DNA of 64,000 bases from Antedon mediterranea (taxonomy: Eukaryota; Animalia; Echinodermata): assembly GCF_964355755.1 (NCBI RefSeq), contig NC_092673.1:35833648-35897647 (forward strand), in the 5' to 3' direction. A model generated the notes under the pieces. That model had not been told where the DNA came from. It searched no databases and was given only the letters and a program-made list of their open reading frames with translations. A program made the position numbers and the translations under genes. Shown in pieces: positions 52,501 to 64,000 of this stretch. Positions within the stretch are counted from its first letter, which is position 1, and each line of letters starts with the position of its first letter.

Positions 52501-55500
52501 TGGATTATAGTGGTACCTGGATTATAGTGGTTCCTGGATTATAGGGCACCTGGTTTATGGTGGCCCTGTATTATAGTGTCACCTGGATTATAGTGGTAAC
52601 TGAATTATATTGACACCTGGATACAATGGTACCTAGATTATAGTGGCATCTGAATTACAGGGATCTGGATTATAGGACACCTTGATTAAAATGGCACCTG
52701 GATTATAGTGGCACCTGCATTATAGTGGTACGTGGATTAAAGTGGTACCTGAATTATATTCTTATATTCACTTACGTGGAAAACAGAGCAAGGAGTTTAG
52801 CATTGACAAGCAGCATGGTGTGCATTGCGTTCTTCTCTCCGTTGCTTCCCATTTTCTTTAACGTTAATTCAAGAAGATTAATACACATTTCATTCACACC
52901 TTGATTCACTTGTAATCGTTCAATGGCCTTTCAAAAAATATAAAAATACAACAATTATTAATTTGATTCAACTTTTTCAATAGCGTAGTACCTGATTATC
53001 AAATTCCTATTGACTGATTTTTAATGTTTTCTGTACACCCGAAAAATTTAATAATAAAGCATTTAGAGTGCAGAAGGAGGCCACAATAGTAGGTTAAAAT
53101 GGCAAAAATTTTATTTTTACTATTTATTATTACTATTTTACTATAGGTATAGTGATCAAAAACTCCATAATTTTGAACCAGTGTAAAAAATGATTTTCTT
53201 ATCGAATAGAATGTATTTTTGAGTTTGATTGCCTAAATATTCTGAAACCTACTTCGAATAAAAAGCATTGTTCTTGGTTGTACAGCTGTAGCCATGTATT
53301 CAACACGCTTCCCAATGTCACCCACTTTTCCTCTCTCTTAGCGATACTGTCTGGACGGAGGCTGTAACAAAATTGTATTGTTCCTTGTTATTCAAAGTGC
53401 CAACTTGTTTTCACTAATTAAATTATTTTACAATGTGAAAGCACTGTTCAGTAAACCAACTTTCATCTGGTTAAAATTATAGCACAGTTTGAAACAAAAT
53501 AGCACACACTAGATCAACTTGTACCTTTAAAACCCTATTTTATGCTTTCTCCTTGTGATTATATTTTTTTTTTCAAAGGGTCTTATGACTACAGACAATT
53601 ACTTGTCTCTGTAAGATCCCTGTAATGTAAGTAGTTATATTGCTGAATATATGTGAATTTGACAAATGTATGTGCTTTTTGATTTCTGGTCTACGACCAA
53701 TATAGGTGATGAGAAGAATCATTGCATCATAGCAACCTTTTGTTTCAGGGTGTGGTAGTCTGCAGTTCTAACGATTAATGTGCGCATGTGTGTACATTAT
53801 TCAATTAATTATTGAGACCTAATGACAAGTATTATAGCAAACTTTTGTTTCAGGGTGTGGTAGTCTGCAGTTCTAACGATTAATGTGCGCATGTGTGTAC
53901 ATTATTCAATTAATTATTGAGACCTAATGACAAGTATTATAGCAAACTTTTGTTTCAGGGTGTGGTAGTCTGCAGTTCTAACGATTAATGTGCGCATGTG
54001 TGTACATTATTCAATTAATTATTGAGACCTAATGACAAGTATTATAGCAAACTTTTGTTTCAGGGTGTGGTAGTCTGCAGTTCTAACGATTAATGTGCGC
54101 ATGTGTGTACATTATTCAATTAATTATTGAGACCTAATGACAAGTATTATAGCAAACTTTTGTTTCAGGGTGGTAGTCTGCAGTTCTAACGATTAATGTG
54201 CGCATGTGTGTACATTATTCAATTAATTATTGAGACCTAATGACAAGTATTATAGCAAACTTTTGTTTCAGGGTGTGGTAGTCTGCAGTTCTAACGATTA
54301 ATGTGCGCATGTGTGTACATTATTCAATTAATTATTGAGACCTAATGACAAGTATTATAGCAAACTTTTGTTTCAGGGTGTGGTAGTCTGCAGTTCTAAC
54401 GATTAATGTGCGCATGTGTGTACATTATTCAATTAATTATTGAGACCTAATGACAAGTATTATAGCAAACTTTTGTTTCAGGGTGGTAGTCTGCAGTTCT
54501 AACGATTAATGTGCGCATGTGTGTACATTATTCAATTAATTATTGAGACCTAATGACAAGTATTATAGCAAACTTTTGTTTCAGGGTGGTAGTCTGCAGT
54601 TCTAACGATTAATGTGCGCATGTGTGTACATTATTCAATTAATTATTGAGACCTAATGACAAGTATTATAGCAAACTTTTGTTTCAGGATGGTAGTCTGC
54701 AGTTCTAAGGATTAATGTGCGCATGCGTGTACCATGAATTCGGACCGTACTGTATATTTAAGACAAGGTAACATAAAATTAAATTACTCATCAACGACAG
54801 GTCCATAATGCAAACAAACAATCTTGTTGAAAATCATCAGTTTTCTACATAAAAAGTCTTCAGATTCCTCACCGTCACCGTTGAACGCAATATATAGGTG
54901 ATCACCAAACTAAAACAACAGAGAATAATTCATTAAATGCAGATCATATGCATAGTAATACTAATAGTTCATTCTTATATAGTGCATAAGCAAGCTCTCA
55001 GTGCGCTGCATGTTATTACCCAATAATTTTTTTGAATCAAACATGTATGGAAACATACTCCCATAATGCAGATAGTAAACATCGCAAAGTTCTGTCTCGA
55101 TCTAAAAGATACCCATTTTAAATACATTGTATACACACTTGGATTATTTTGAGTTGAGTTTTGAATTTTATAAACGGTTTTGGTAATATCTACTGTATTG
55201 GGGTTACCTAGGTCATCAACCTTTAAATACCCAGATTACTTACATCTTTAAATACAAAAATTGAATCATTTTCACATGTAATAAAACTGTATCCATTATT
55301 GAGTTCACAGGCTAGAAGACTGTGAGATGCAACAATGGGCGAGAAAAATTGTGTTGCAATGTTCAAATCAAGCTTCTCCCATGATACATCATTCCTCTAA
55401 AAAAAAGAAAGTTACATTAGAATTTGACCTGCGGCGTAATGTACAGTTCAACGAACCCTGGTTTAGCACTCCTATTAGGGTTCTCCAACGCTGAGTATTA

Positions 55501-57238
55501 CATTGGACACTCCTATTACTAAGGGTTCTCCAACGCTGAGTATTACATTGCGCACTCCTATTACTAAGGGTTCTCCAACGCTGAGTATTACATTGCGCAC
55601 TCCTATTACTAAGGGTTCTCCAACGCTGAGTATTACATTGTGCACTCCTATTACTAAGGGTTCTCCAACGCTGAGTATTACATTGCGCACTCCTATTAGG
55701 GTTCTCCAACGCTGAGTATTACATTGCGCACTCCTATTAGGGTTCTCCCACACTGAGTATTACATTGCGCACTCCTATTACTAAGGGTTCTCCAACGCTG
55801 AGTATTACATTGCGCACTCCTATTACTAAGGGTTCTCCAACGCTGAGTATTACATTGGACACTCCTATTACTAAGGGTTCTCCAACGCTGAGTATTACAT
55901 TGCGCACTCCTATTACTAAGGGTTCTCCAACGCTGCTGAGTATTACATTGCGCACTCCTATTACTAAGGGTTCTCCAACGCTGAGTATTACATTGCGCAC
56001 TCCTATTACTAAGGGTTCTCCAACGCTGAGTATTACATTGCGCACTCCTATTACTAAGGGTTCTCCAACGCTGAGTATTACATTGCGCACTCCTATTAGG
56101 GTTCTCCCACACTGAGTATTACATTGCGCACTCCTATTACTAAGGGTTCTCCAACGCTGAGTATTACATTGTGCACTCCTATTACTAAGGGTTCTCCAAC
56201 GCTGAGTATTACATTGCGCACTCCTATTAGGGTTCTCCAACGCTGAGTATTACATTGCGCACTCCTATTACTAAGGGTTCTCCAACGCTGCTGAGTATTA
56301 CATTGCGCACTCCTATTACTAAGGGTTCTCCAACGCTGAGTATTACATTGCGCACTCCTATTACTAAGGGTTCTCCAACGCTGAGTATTACATTGCGCAC
56401 TCCTATTACTAAGGGTTCTCCAACGCTGAGTATTACATTGCGCACTCCTATTAGGGTTCTCCCACACTGAGTATTACATTGCGCACTCCTATTACTAAGG
56501 GTTCTCCAACGCTGAGTATTACATTGCGCACTCCTATTACTAAGGGTTCTCCAACGCTGAGATTACATTGGACACTCCTATTACTAAGGGTTCTCCAACG
56601 CTGAGTATTACATTGCGCCCTCCTATTACTAAGGGTTCTCCAACGCTGCTGAGTATTACATTGCGCACTCCTATTACTAAGGGTTCTCCAACGCTGCTGA
56701 GTATTACATTGGACTACTCATGCTCTAGGGGCCTTGGACTGCTCATGCTCTAGGGCCCTTGGACTGCTCATGCTCTAGGGCCCTTGGAATGCTCATGCTC
56801 TAGGGCTTTTGGGTTTTAGTTAGTGAGCACTCATAGCTGTTAGGCCACTGAATTTGACATTTTTACTATTTTATGATACATAATATTAGTATTATACAGT
56901 ATTATACAGTATAACAATAACAATAATTATCTTAGCTGCATTTGGTATTTTAAAAATATTATTATTTTCTTGAGCAGTCTTGAGTGTTTGTGGGCCATAT
57001 AAATCTATATTATTATTTTCAAGGAATTAGAACAGCAAATAGTGTCTGCATTATTAAATTCAATATTATTATTAGTTTACATTGGATTAATTTTTAATAT
57101 TAATCTCTGGAATTGTCAAACCTGAATAAGTCCCTTGTCAATAGCAACTTCATTTGCATGCTGGATAAACGATGCATCTGCGGACATAAAGACAATATCC
57201 GGTATTCCGGAATTCATTAGTACAATCACACATTTCAT
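46538..57238 (-). CDS. HPS1: Hermansky-Pudlak syndrome 1 protein homologue (BLOC-3 subunit, longin-type Rab32/38 GEF), ~820 aa, 14 coding exons
   Basis: Exons (minus strand): 57122-57238, 55244-55396, 54788-54909, 53253-53361, 52776-52927, 51900-52140, 51317-51682, 50659-50886, 50151-50312, 49409-49518, 48497-48827, 47886-47999, 47257-47339 and 46538-46712 (2463 nt, open). HPS1 motifs: [91 protein letters not shown] and CYELMCIHLAVVP. AATAAA on the minus strand at 46444-46449. Confidence 0.95.
46950..47152. repeat. ~63-72-bp tandem repeat x3 in an HPS1 intron
   Basis: CAACCTCATCACCACCAACCCTGGTACCATAATCACCCCATCTATATTGCTATTAT repeated. Confidence 0.85.
47563..47882. repeat. 47-bp tandem repeat x~7 abutting the HPS1 exon 47886-47999 donor
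   Basis: AGGCCTTTATGTATACCATTGGTAACAGTACAATTGAGT(A/G)TGAA(A/C)AC at 47584, 47631, 47678 and onward. Confidence 0.9.
48040..48245 (-). mobile_element. Degenerate SINE fragment with conserved central domain
   Basis: Minus strand GTAGCTGAGTGGTTAGAACA (tRNA A-box-like), then CCCAGTCAACTCAGCTGTAAATGAGTACCTGG, a core typical of marine-invertebrate SINEs. Confidence 0.55.
52225..52757. repeat. 17-bp minisatellite x~30 (CCTGGATTATAGTG(GTA/ATG))
   Basis: Direct reading; alternating variants at the left, decaying towards the right. Confidence 0.92.
53728..54732. repeat. 103-105-bp minisatellite x10
   Basis: CAGG(G)TG recurs at 53746, 53851, 53956, 54061, 54166, 54269, 54374, 54479, 54582 and 54685. 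Confidence 0.96.
55466..56806. repeat. 45-bp minisatellite (~28 units, with 41/48-bp variants) followed by a ~24-bp repeat x4
   Basis: ACTCCTATTACTAAGGGTTCTCCAACGCTGAGTATTACATTGCGC units, then GGACTGCTCATGCTCTAGGGCCCTT units from ~56711. Confidence 0.96.
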
Positions 57239-57339
57239 GATCAGTTGCTTGCACCATTCCAAATCCAAGATGTGTACTACTACTGCTACTACATAGTCAT
57301 AGTTAGTAGCCTAGGCCCAAAGCTATTTTGTTTTGTAAT

Positions 57340-57988
57340 CTGTAAAAAAAAAAAATAAAAAATTTCTTAGACATACAGATCGCCTAGCTAGACTAGGCAT
57401 ATGCTAAAAGTAAAATAACCTGTGTGTGGCGAATCCACCCAGCCAGGGAAGAAGTAAAAGTGCCTGCCAGTGGTGGGCCGAGCCAATCCTAGCTCTAGGT
57501 AGGCCTAGTCTAGACTACTAGCTAGGCCTAGCCTTTGGTAGGCTCTAGGAGACTAGGCCTAGCCTCTAGTAGTAGGGTCTAGGCCTAGTGGGCTAGATAG
57601 TACAGTAGGCCTAGTATCCAGCTAGTCTAGAGGCCTTCCCTCTCTCTAGGCTAGGCCTCGCTAGTACTAGGTAGTAGCCTGCTGAGCCTAGGCCTAGCGC
57701 GCGTCCTGGCTGGGGCCTAGCCTCTCTAGCCTAGCTAGCTAGCCTAGGTAGTACCTTTTCTTTAAAAGGACAGGACAGGCCCTAGCCTTAATTATTTGGT
57801 TTGATACCCAAACTCGTATAGCTAGCCTAGTCCTAGGCCTAGATTAGGATAAAACCAATGAACTATACTTTACGTAGGCTAACTCTATGTTTGCCAGGCG
57901 CGCCTATCATGTGCTTACTCTCTTCTATCGCAGTACAGTGCGAGCCAGCGAGGCATGCAATTTAAGTGACCAACCAAAGAATCATATA
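57340..57988 (-). promoter_or_regulatory. HPS1 5' region: 5'UTR intron rich in CTAG/AGGCCT and candidate first exon(s)
   Basis: Acceptor TTACAG| opens the ATG exon at 57339. Candidate donors are GAAAAG|GTACTA (~57754) and GAGA|GTAAGC (~57918). GC/CpG content rises here (GGCGCGCC at 57897). Confidence 0.5.
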
Positions 57989-60628
57989 TAGTCCAGTCAA
58001 AAATCACCCTCACCATGGTATAAGAACGTACCCTAATAAAATTTCATCCGTAGGTTCTATGTATATAGGTAATAACATTTCTTGATGTTGCGTCTTGCAA
58101 AACTTGGGATTTTACGAGAAAATTTGACTTTTATACCCAATTTATAACTACCTCATGTCGTATTATTGTGTACAGCGAATGCGACGAAGCGTGACTGAAA
58201 TTACGAGACGCCGTTTGCGCCCGTTGAAAAATGCATTAACAAAGCTAAAAACCTACAAAATTAATAGTTTATACAATAATTTAAATATAGTTTACAATAA
58301 ATTGTATAATAAAATACATAACATATAAAGAAAACTCAAGTTTAATCTCAAATATTTACAGATATGTGTTTAAAAATGTACAAATCAAAATGGCCTTCCA
58401 TAAATTAAAGTGCGCCCTCACTCGTCATACTTTTATCGGACTTGTATGGATGATGGTTATACAAGGCATTAATAATACGAAACCCGATGCGGTTTGTTAG
58501 TTATTGCCTCTGCAAGAGGCAGAATATTATATTTTCACAAATATATTTCTAGTTTTTATCATGGAAAAAAGAATTGTATATATTTAAACACATTACAACC
58601 TCCAGTCTACCATCATGGTGGATAAAGTGAAGCGCCGTATTGTATATGCTATAGCGTAATGATCTTCTAGTTATCTGGTTATATTCTGGACATTCTTTTT
58701 TTCACAGCATTACTTGCGTGGATATCACAATGCATTTGTTTATTCGCGATTATAGTCAATATTAATTTGAGTAAGAATCATTTTTAAATGACAGTCCATT
58801 TCGCGTATACGATATAATAAAGATTTAAATTAATAAAGTACTCTGAAATATTTTCTCATTGGTTATCCGCAACAAAGAATCCTTGTGATTGTTAGTTTTG
58901 TTTAATTTTCTTTGAATTGTTTATTGGCATCCATATCGTATGATGTGTGAGAAAATGTAATCCTGCCACCGAAGGTTCTTTCTGTTCGAAGACTTCTGAC
59001 GGATAACTGTGTTATTCTTTTACATTTAATTAATTAATTAATGTTCATCTTCACTTTTGGGAAAAATAGCCTACATCTTTTAAACGTCATTTATAAGCAT
59101 TTGAATAAGCCAACAAATTAAACTACTGTGTTCTCCCAAGCTTTTTAAATTTTATTTAAATGCATTAAAATGCGTCGGACTCGGCGGATAACAATATTTG
59201 AAATAAATGCATATAAAACTTTTGTTCTGGACTTTACTTTTTTGTCCCAAGTGAGAACTTTCAGGCCGTGGAGGTGAACCGATCGTTTATGACATGCTTT
59301 TGTGTATAAAATGTCCAATAATAATTGTAGGACTACTCTCAACCAAAACACTTTATATTAGAATGTATCTAATATACGTCACGTCTTAAAAAATTGGAAG
59401 AATTGGGTAATACAGTATGTCGTTTCTCGCGAATCACACTCCAACATTCTCACTTTCTTTTATTTAGTGAAATGTGAACGGTGGAAAAACGGGAAAATAC
59501 TTTAAATTTAGAATGCTTTGAATTCTGGAAGACGACTTCGAACTTAAAGAATCGTCATGAATGACGTTTATTGGCTCAAACTTCACACATCGGTACGATG
59601 TGAAGGCCAGACGGATTCAGAGAGGATCAAACCGGCTCCTCCTACCCATTGGCAGTGGGGGCATCGGCGGGTGAAAGGGAAAAATGATAAATGTTGATTC
59701 AGACGAATGCCAACCAGCCCCTTTGATACGCTCTTAATAATTGTTGGAAAGTGAAAGTAGGGCTACTTGAGGTAGGGCCTAGTATCTTTCGTATAGGCCT
59801 ACACGAAATGGATTATCCTTAAATGATTGGTTCTTACACTAATTAAGATCATAATCGCGAATGATAGTTCAAAATATGCAATGCATTGTGATATCCACGC
59901 AAGTAATGCTGTGAAAAAAAAAGAATGTCTAAAAATAAAACCAGCAAAACTAGTAGATCATTACGCTTCAGCAGATATACAAATATACACTTAATCCATC
60001 ATGATGGTATACTGGAGGTTGTAATGTGTTTAAATATATACAATTCTTTTTTTCCATGATAAAAATTGGAAATATATTTGTGAAAATATAATATTCTGCC
60101 TCTTGCAGAGGCAATAACTAACAAACCGCATCGTGTTTCATATATTAATGCCTTGTATAACCATCCATCATACAAGTCCGATAAAAGTATGACGAGTGAG
60201 GGCGCACTTTATTTTATGGAAGGCCATTTTGATTTGTACATTTTTAAACACATATCTGTAAATATTTGAGATTATACTTGGGTTTTCTTTATATGTTTTG
60301 TATTTTATTATACAATTTATTGTAAACTATATTTAAATTATTGTATAAACTATTAATTTTGTAGGTTTTTAGCTTTGTTAATGCATTTTTCAACGGGCGC
60401 TAACGGCGTCTCGTAATTTTAGTCACGCTTCGTCGAATTCGCTGTACACAATAATACGACATGAGGCGGTTATAAATTGGGTATAAAAGTCTAATTTTCT
60501 CGTAAAATCCCAAGTTTTGCAAGACGCAACATCAAGAAATGTTATTACCTATATACATAGAACCTACGGATGAAATTTTATTAGGGTACGTTCTTATACC
60601 ATGGTGAGGGTGATTTTTGACTGGACTA
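57989..60628. mobile_element. Academ-like non-autonomous element with ~0.8-kb terminal inverted repeats
   Basis: Termini TAGTCCAGTCAAAAATCACCCTCACC..GGTGAGGGTGATTTTTGACTGGACTA; 3-bp TSD ATA at 57986-57988 and 60629-60631; 57989-~58800 is the reverse complement of ~59800-60628; no coding capacity recognised. Confidence 0.85.
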
Positions 60629-61387
60629 ATACTGTAAATTTTTTGCCAACACACAATAATGTTCATGAATATGCATATTTATGACGTAACGATTAGAATG
60701 ACTTAATGTTGGAGAGACACACCTTACCGGTGTGACAGCGTTTTGTTTAATGCTTTTGTCTCTCCTCGGCTTCGTGTCTTGTATTTCATATATATATATA
60801 TATATTTCTATGTTTTTTGTAATTATTATAAAAAATAAAAAAAATAAAAAAATATGGATAAACCATGGAGGTATAATCCTCCATGGATAAACACATATAT
60901 TGTGGCGTTCTGGTTTCTATATAGATAGCTGGGGTTTGAATCTCTTCGGATTTTTTTTAATGGAAAATAAATATCGATTTTTTTAAAGGAGAGAAATTTT
61001 GAGGATTTAGGATATGTAACCTATCTTTGCGATTCCTACCGTCATAAATGGCATTAAATTGCCATGATGAAAATTATGTACCCACACCCTTACAACTTGT
61101 TTGTGTTTTGAGTTAAGAGAAAATTGCTTTGAATCTTCAACAAGATGTGAATGTTGGTCAATGTTTTAATTTTTATAATTTATTCATAATCTTATCTACA
61201 TTTGTACAATCCTTAGAAGTTCCAATGATGTAAATAATGTATGTCAATTAGTTTTAAATAGTAGGGAAGTATTATACCTCCCTGGTAAAACAATACTGTC
61301 CCTGACGAATAGCAATAGTAACACGTAACCTTATTAAACAATAATACGTCTTACTAATAAGTAATGAGTATAAAACATTATAATATA

Positions 61388-61860
61388 CTAGATGGTGAGC
61401 TCGCTTCGCTCGCTCCCCCTCTAGGAAGTTTAGACGATGGTTCTCGGAATGATAATGACTCGGGACGTAAACAGTTTTAGAAGGACATTCTGGCCTGGAC
61501 AATTTCGGTCGGTTACCATTATTTAAATGCTTTTGATATTGGTAAAACTAAACGTACTCACTAACCTAGTGTCTTAGATGATTTATAGCGTTTTAGGCGT
61601 ATAGTGTTTATTATTGTAGATATGAAAAGTGGTAAAAAAGAATAACAAATGCTTGGTAAATTGTAGATAATAGTCCGAAGAAATCTACTAAAAGTAGTAT
61701 AATTGGGTTATAAATATAATATTGTGGATGGGCGTTTATTAGATGTATTTGGGGTGGGGTTGGTAGCGAGATAATTATTTTAATTGATGTTTTATTGGGG
61801 AGGTGTTCCGGGCGTTTATTCAAATAAATACCATCCTAATTGGTATAATTAATACCGTAT
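61388..61860 (-). mobile_element. Possible Helitron-type non-autonomous element (3' end at 61388; 5' boundary uncertain)
   Basis: Minus strand GAGCGAGCGAAGCGAGCTC hairpin followed by CTAG|T, the canonical Helitron 3' signature. Confidence 0.4.
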
Positions 61861-62645
61861 TCCGCGACACAGTGGCCTAAGAAGAAAGACGTTTTAAACA
61901 TGGGCAGAAGTATCCCAGAGTCCTGACGGGACACAATAGCGCACAGTATACATAAAGTCTTGGCAATCGGGGTTTATGTACTACTATATTATATACCTTC
62001 ACACGCGCGGTCCGAAAATAAACAAAAAACAAAATGGCTATCGCCACCAAGCACTTGTAATAATAAAATAATAATAAGATTTTTATAGCGCACATACCAC
62101 TCCAGAGTGCTCAAGGCGCATAAACTAAACACTTGAAACAGGTAGTTGTTTTACAACTCCCTGGTTGAAACCAACACCTTACCGTGAACCCGGAAATTAC
62201 TTCTACCGCGCGTAGAGTTAAAATTTACCGATTGAAATCAGAAAATTTCTTATAAAACCCTTTATAATATATCTTCCTAAGATAGAAATATGGAACAATA
62301 GCGTCGATGTGAAAACTAATGTTATCAAATCTACGTTTCGCGGTACATCTGAGATAGATAAGGTAGGTATATCCAAGGCGGAGATTTGTACCGAAGTTTT
62401 TGCATTGTGCTCGCCTATGTCAGAATTAACCATAATTTATATATAGATACACGTACTGAGGTTAGGCTCCATGAGCTGATGGAAATCTATCACGCACACA
62501 TATCGAATGCCATGACACTACATCCACTGTCTTGAAACACTCATTACAAATATATACCGTAAATTATTACCTACAGCAGACGTTAACTCATAAATAATAA
62601 ATAAGAAATGGCTCGTAAAGCACCACACGGAGCATCAAATGACAC

Positions 62646-63270
62646 TTATTTATTTATTTATTTATTATCTTTACTGAGGGTAGCCTATCCAGTTCCTAAT
62701 GGAACTGATCATTTAGGGCCCTCAATAAAACATACATACAGTAAAACACATAAAATATTGAATATTCAAATGACATAAAATAGGCCTAAAAATGTACAGT
62801 GGTTATAAAATTCATATAGAAGTTAAAATCGTTGACAGATAAAATATATATATACACAATACGAACAATATTAGCTGGAAATAAATTCTTTAAGTTCACG
62901 TTTAAAGGAAATAATATTTTCAGATTGTCGAATGATTTTAGGAATCATATTAAAATACATTATTTATAACTGAAACATTGTTTAAAAATCTCTAATGAAG
63001 GTCGAGGAACAATACAATTACAATTAGAGATAGATCTGGTAGTTGGCCGACCTCCGGGCTGAGTCCTGGTTAATGCGACTGATGTAATCCGGAACGGTAT
63101 TGATGGAAGCCCGATAGGCGAGACAACCAAGTTGAAACTGATAACGTTGAGAAACGGATGAGATGGAAAGGGTGTTATCAATAAGGTGGGATGGGGTATG
63201 AGGGTGAACTTTCAAAATAACTCTTTCAGCTCTATTTTGTCTTCTTCTTCAATGTGTTTTCTTGAGATAA
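62646..63270 (-). mobile_element. 5'-truncated, decayed LINE (CR1/L2-like) ORF2 C-terminus, 3'UTR and (TAAA)n tail
   Basis: Minus-strand fragments RRQNRAERVILKV, IVPRPSLEIFKQCFSYK and FNMIPKIIRQSENIISFKRELK, with stops and frameshifts; TTATTTATTTATTT tail at 62646-62666. Confidence 0.72.
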
Positions 63271-64000
63271 GCATTATCTTAGAAAGCCCATCAATAATGA
63301 ATTGAATACAGACGTGATATTAATTCACTCAATTTATTAAAACATGGTACAATTAATACATTATGTCGATATAATCTAAGCTAGACTTGTCCTCAGTCTG
63401 TATTTATTGTCTTTGTTTTATGTTAGTCCACCTCTCGACATCTTGATGACGTTTGTCTGGAAGATATAAATACCGTATTTACGAGCTATATTATTTATAC
63501 CATTTATTTCCCTTGTGTGCCAAAATAAGTTGAAATACAGTTCAGACTAATCTAAAACGTTCGTATTGATCTACCTATAATAATTCAGGCAGTAGTAAGA
63601 ATCACGGTCTTTGTCATGGTAACTCCCTACTAAAAGATAACCCCTCTACTAAGTCTTGAATGATGAACTGGTTATATGCACACAACGGGCAAATTGGGCC
63701 TACACTGGGCCTATGGCTTATAGTCCTTATCTGATACCATGGGCTCTTTACCGGTACGGTAAACGGCTCCTCTTGACCACTCGACCTTTTTTGTCGAGCT
63801 CACGATATTTCACGGAAGTGTCAAATTAGTAATTCATCACATGCCTTTCGCAATTCAGTTTGATTAATTCTAAACAAACATATTAGTTGTACTTTTGTAT
63901 TGCATTTTTATAACTTGAATATAAAGATACTTGATATGCAGGATATCATTATAATAATAGCAAAATGGAATAATTTACACAGCGATGACTGATAATGTTT

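Noticed and set aside
55389-56753. Long repetitive ORFs on both strands (NRSAQCNTQRWRTL...)
   Set aside because: The 45-bp minisatellite inside HPS1 intron 1 is open simply because its unit is a multiple of 3.
60632-62640. A further gene or first exon beyond the Academ-like element
   Set aside because: It has some promoter-like words, but I could not assemble an exon chain or recognisable peptide; it is mostly repeat fragments.

Overview
AT-rich, intron-rich animal genomic DNA, probably a marine invertebrate such as an echinoderm (inferred from gene and repeat style only). I reconstructed four protein-coding loci by hand from GT-AG exon chains. (1) The last two exons of a proteinase K/aqualysin-type S8A subtilase (+, 1-667). 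(2) A full tandem paralogue of it (+, 4718-9965) with TATA/Inr promoter, signal peptide, I9 prodomain and D/H/S triad, but a 1-bp frameshift in the prodomain exon as assembled. (3) An unnamed 30-exon, ~1733-aa protein (-, 43594-13091) with Munc13/MUN (MHD1/MHD2)-like motifs, no recognisable C1/C2 domain and a split DEP-like domain at the C-terminus. (4) HPS1 (-, 57238-46538, 14 exons, ~820 aa). Introns and intergenic DNA are full of non-autonomous transposons. These include a 4-kb foldback element made of two inverted 3' ends of an AcademX (XPG + Cys-finger) transposase with a TCT TSD, and a second TAG..CTA long-TIR element with an ATA TSD. There are also nested P-like elements, piggyBac-, Kolobok-, Harbinger- and hAT-like MITEs, tRNA-SINEs (one sits exactly on a splice donor), LINE 3' ends and many minisatellites, several visibly derived from MITEs. 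No rRNA, intact tRNA gene or CRISPR array was found. All family assignments come from motif recall, not database searches.
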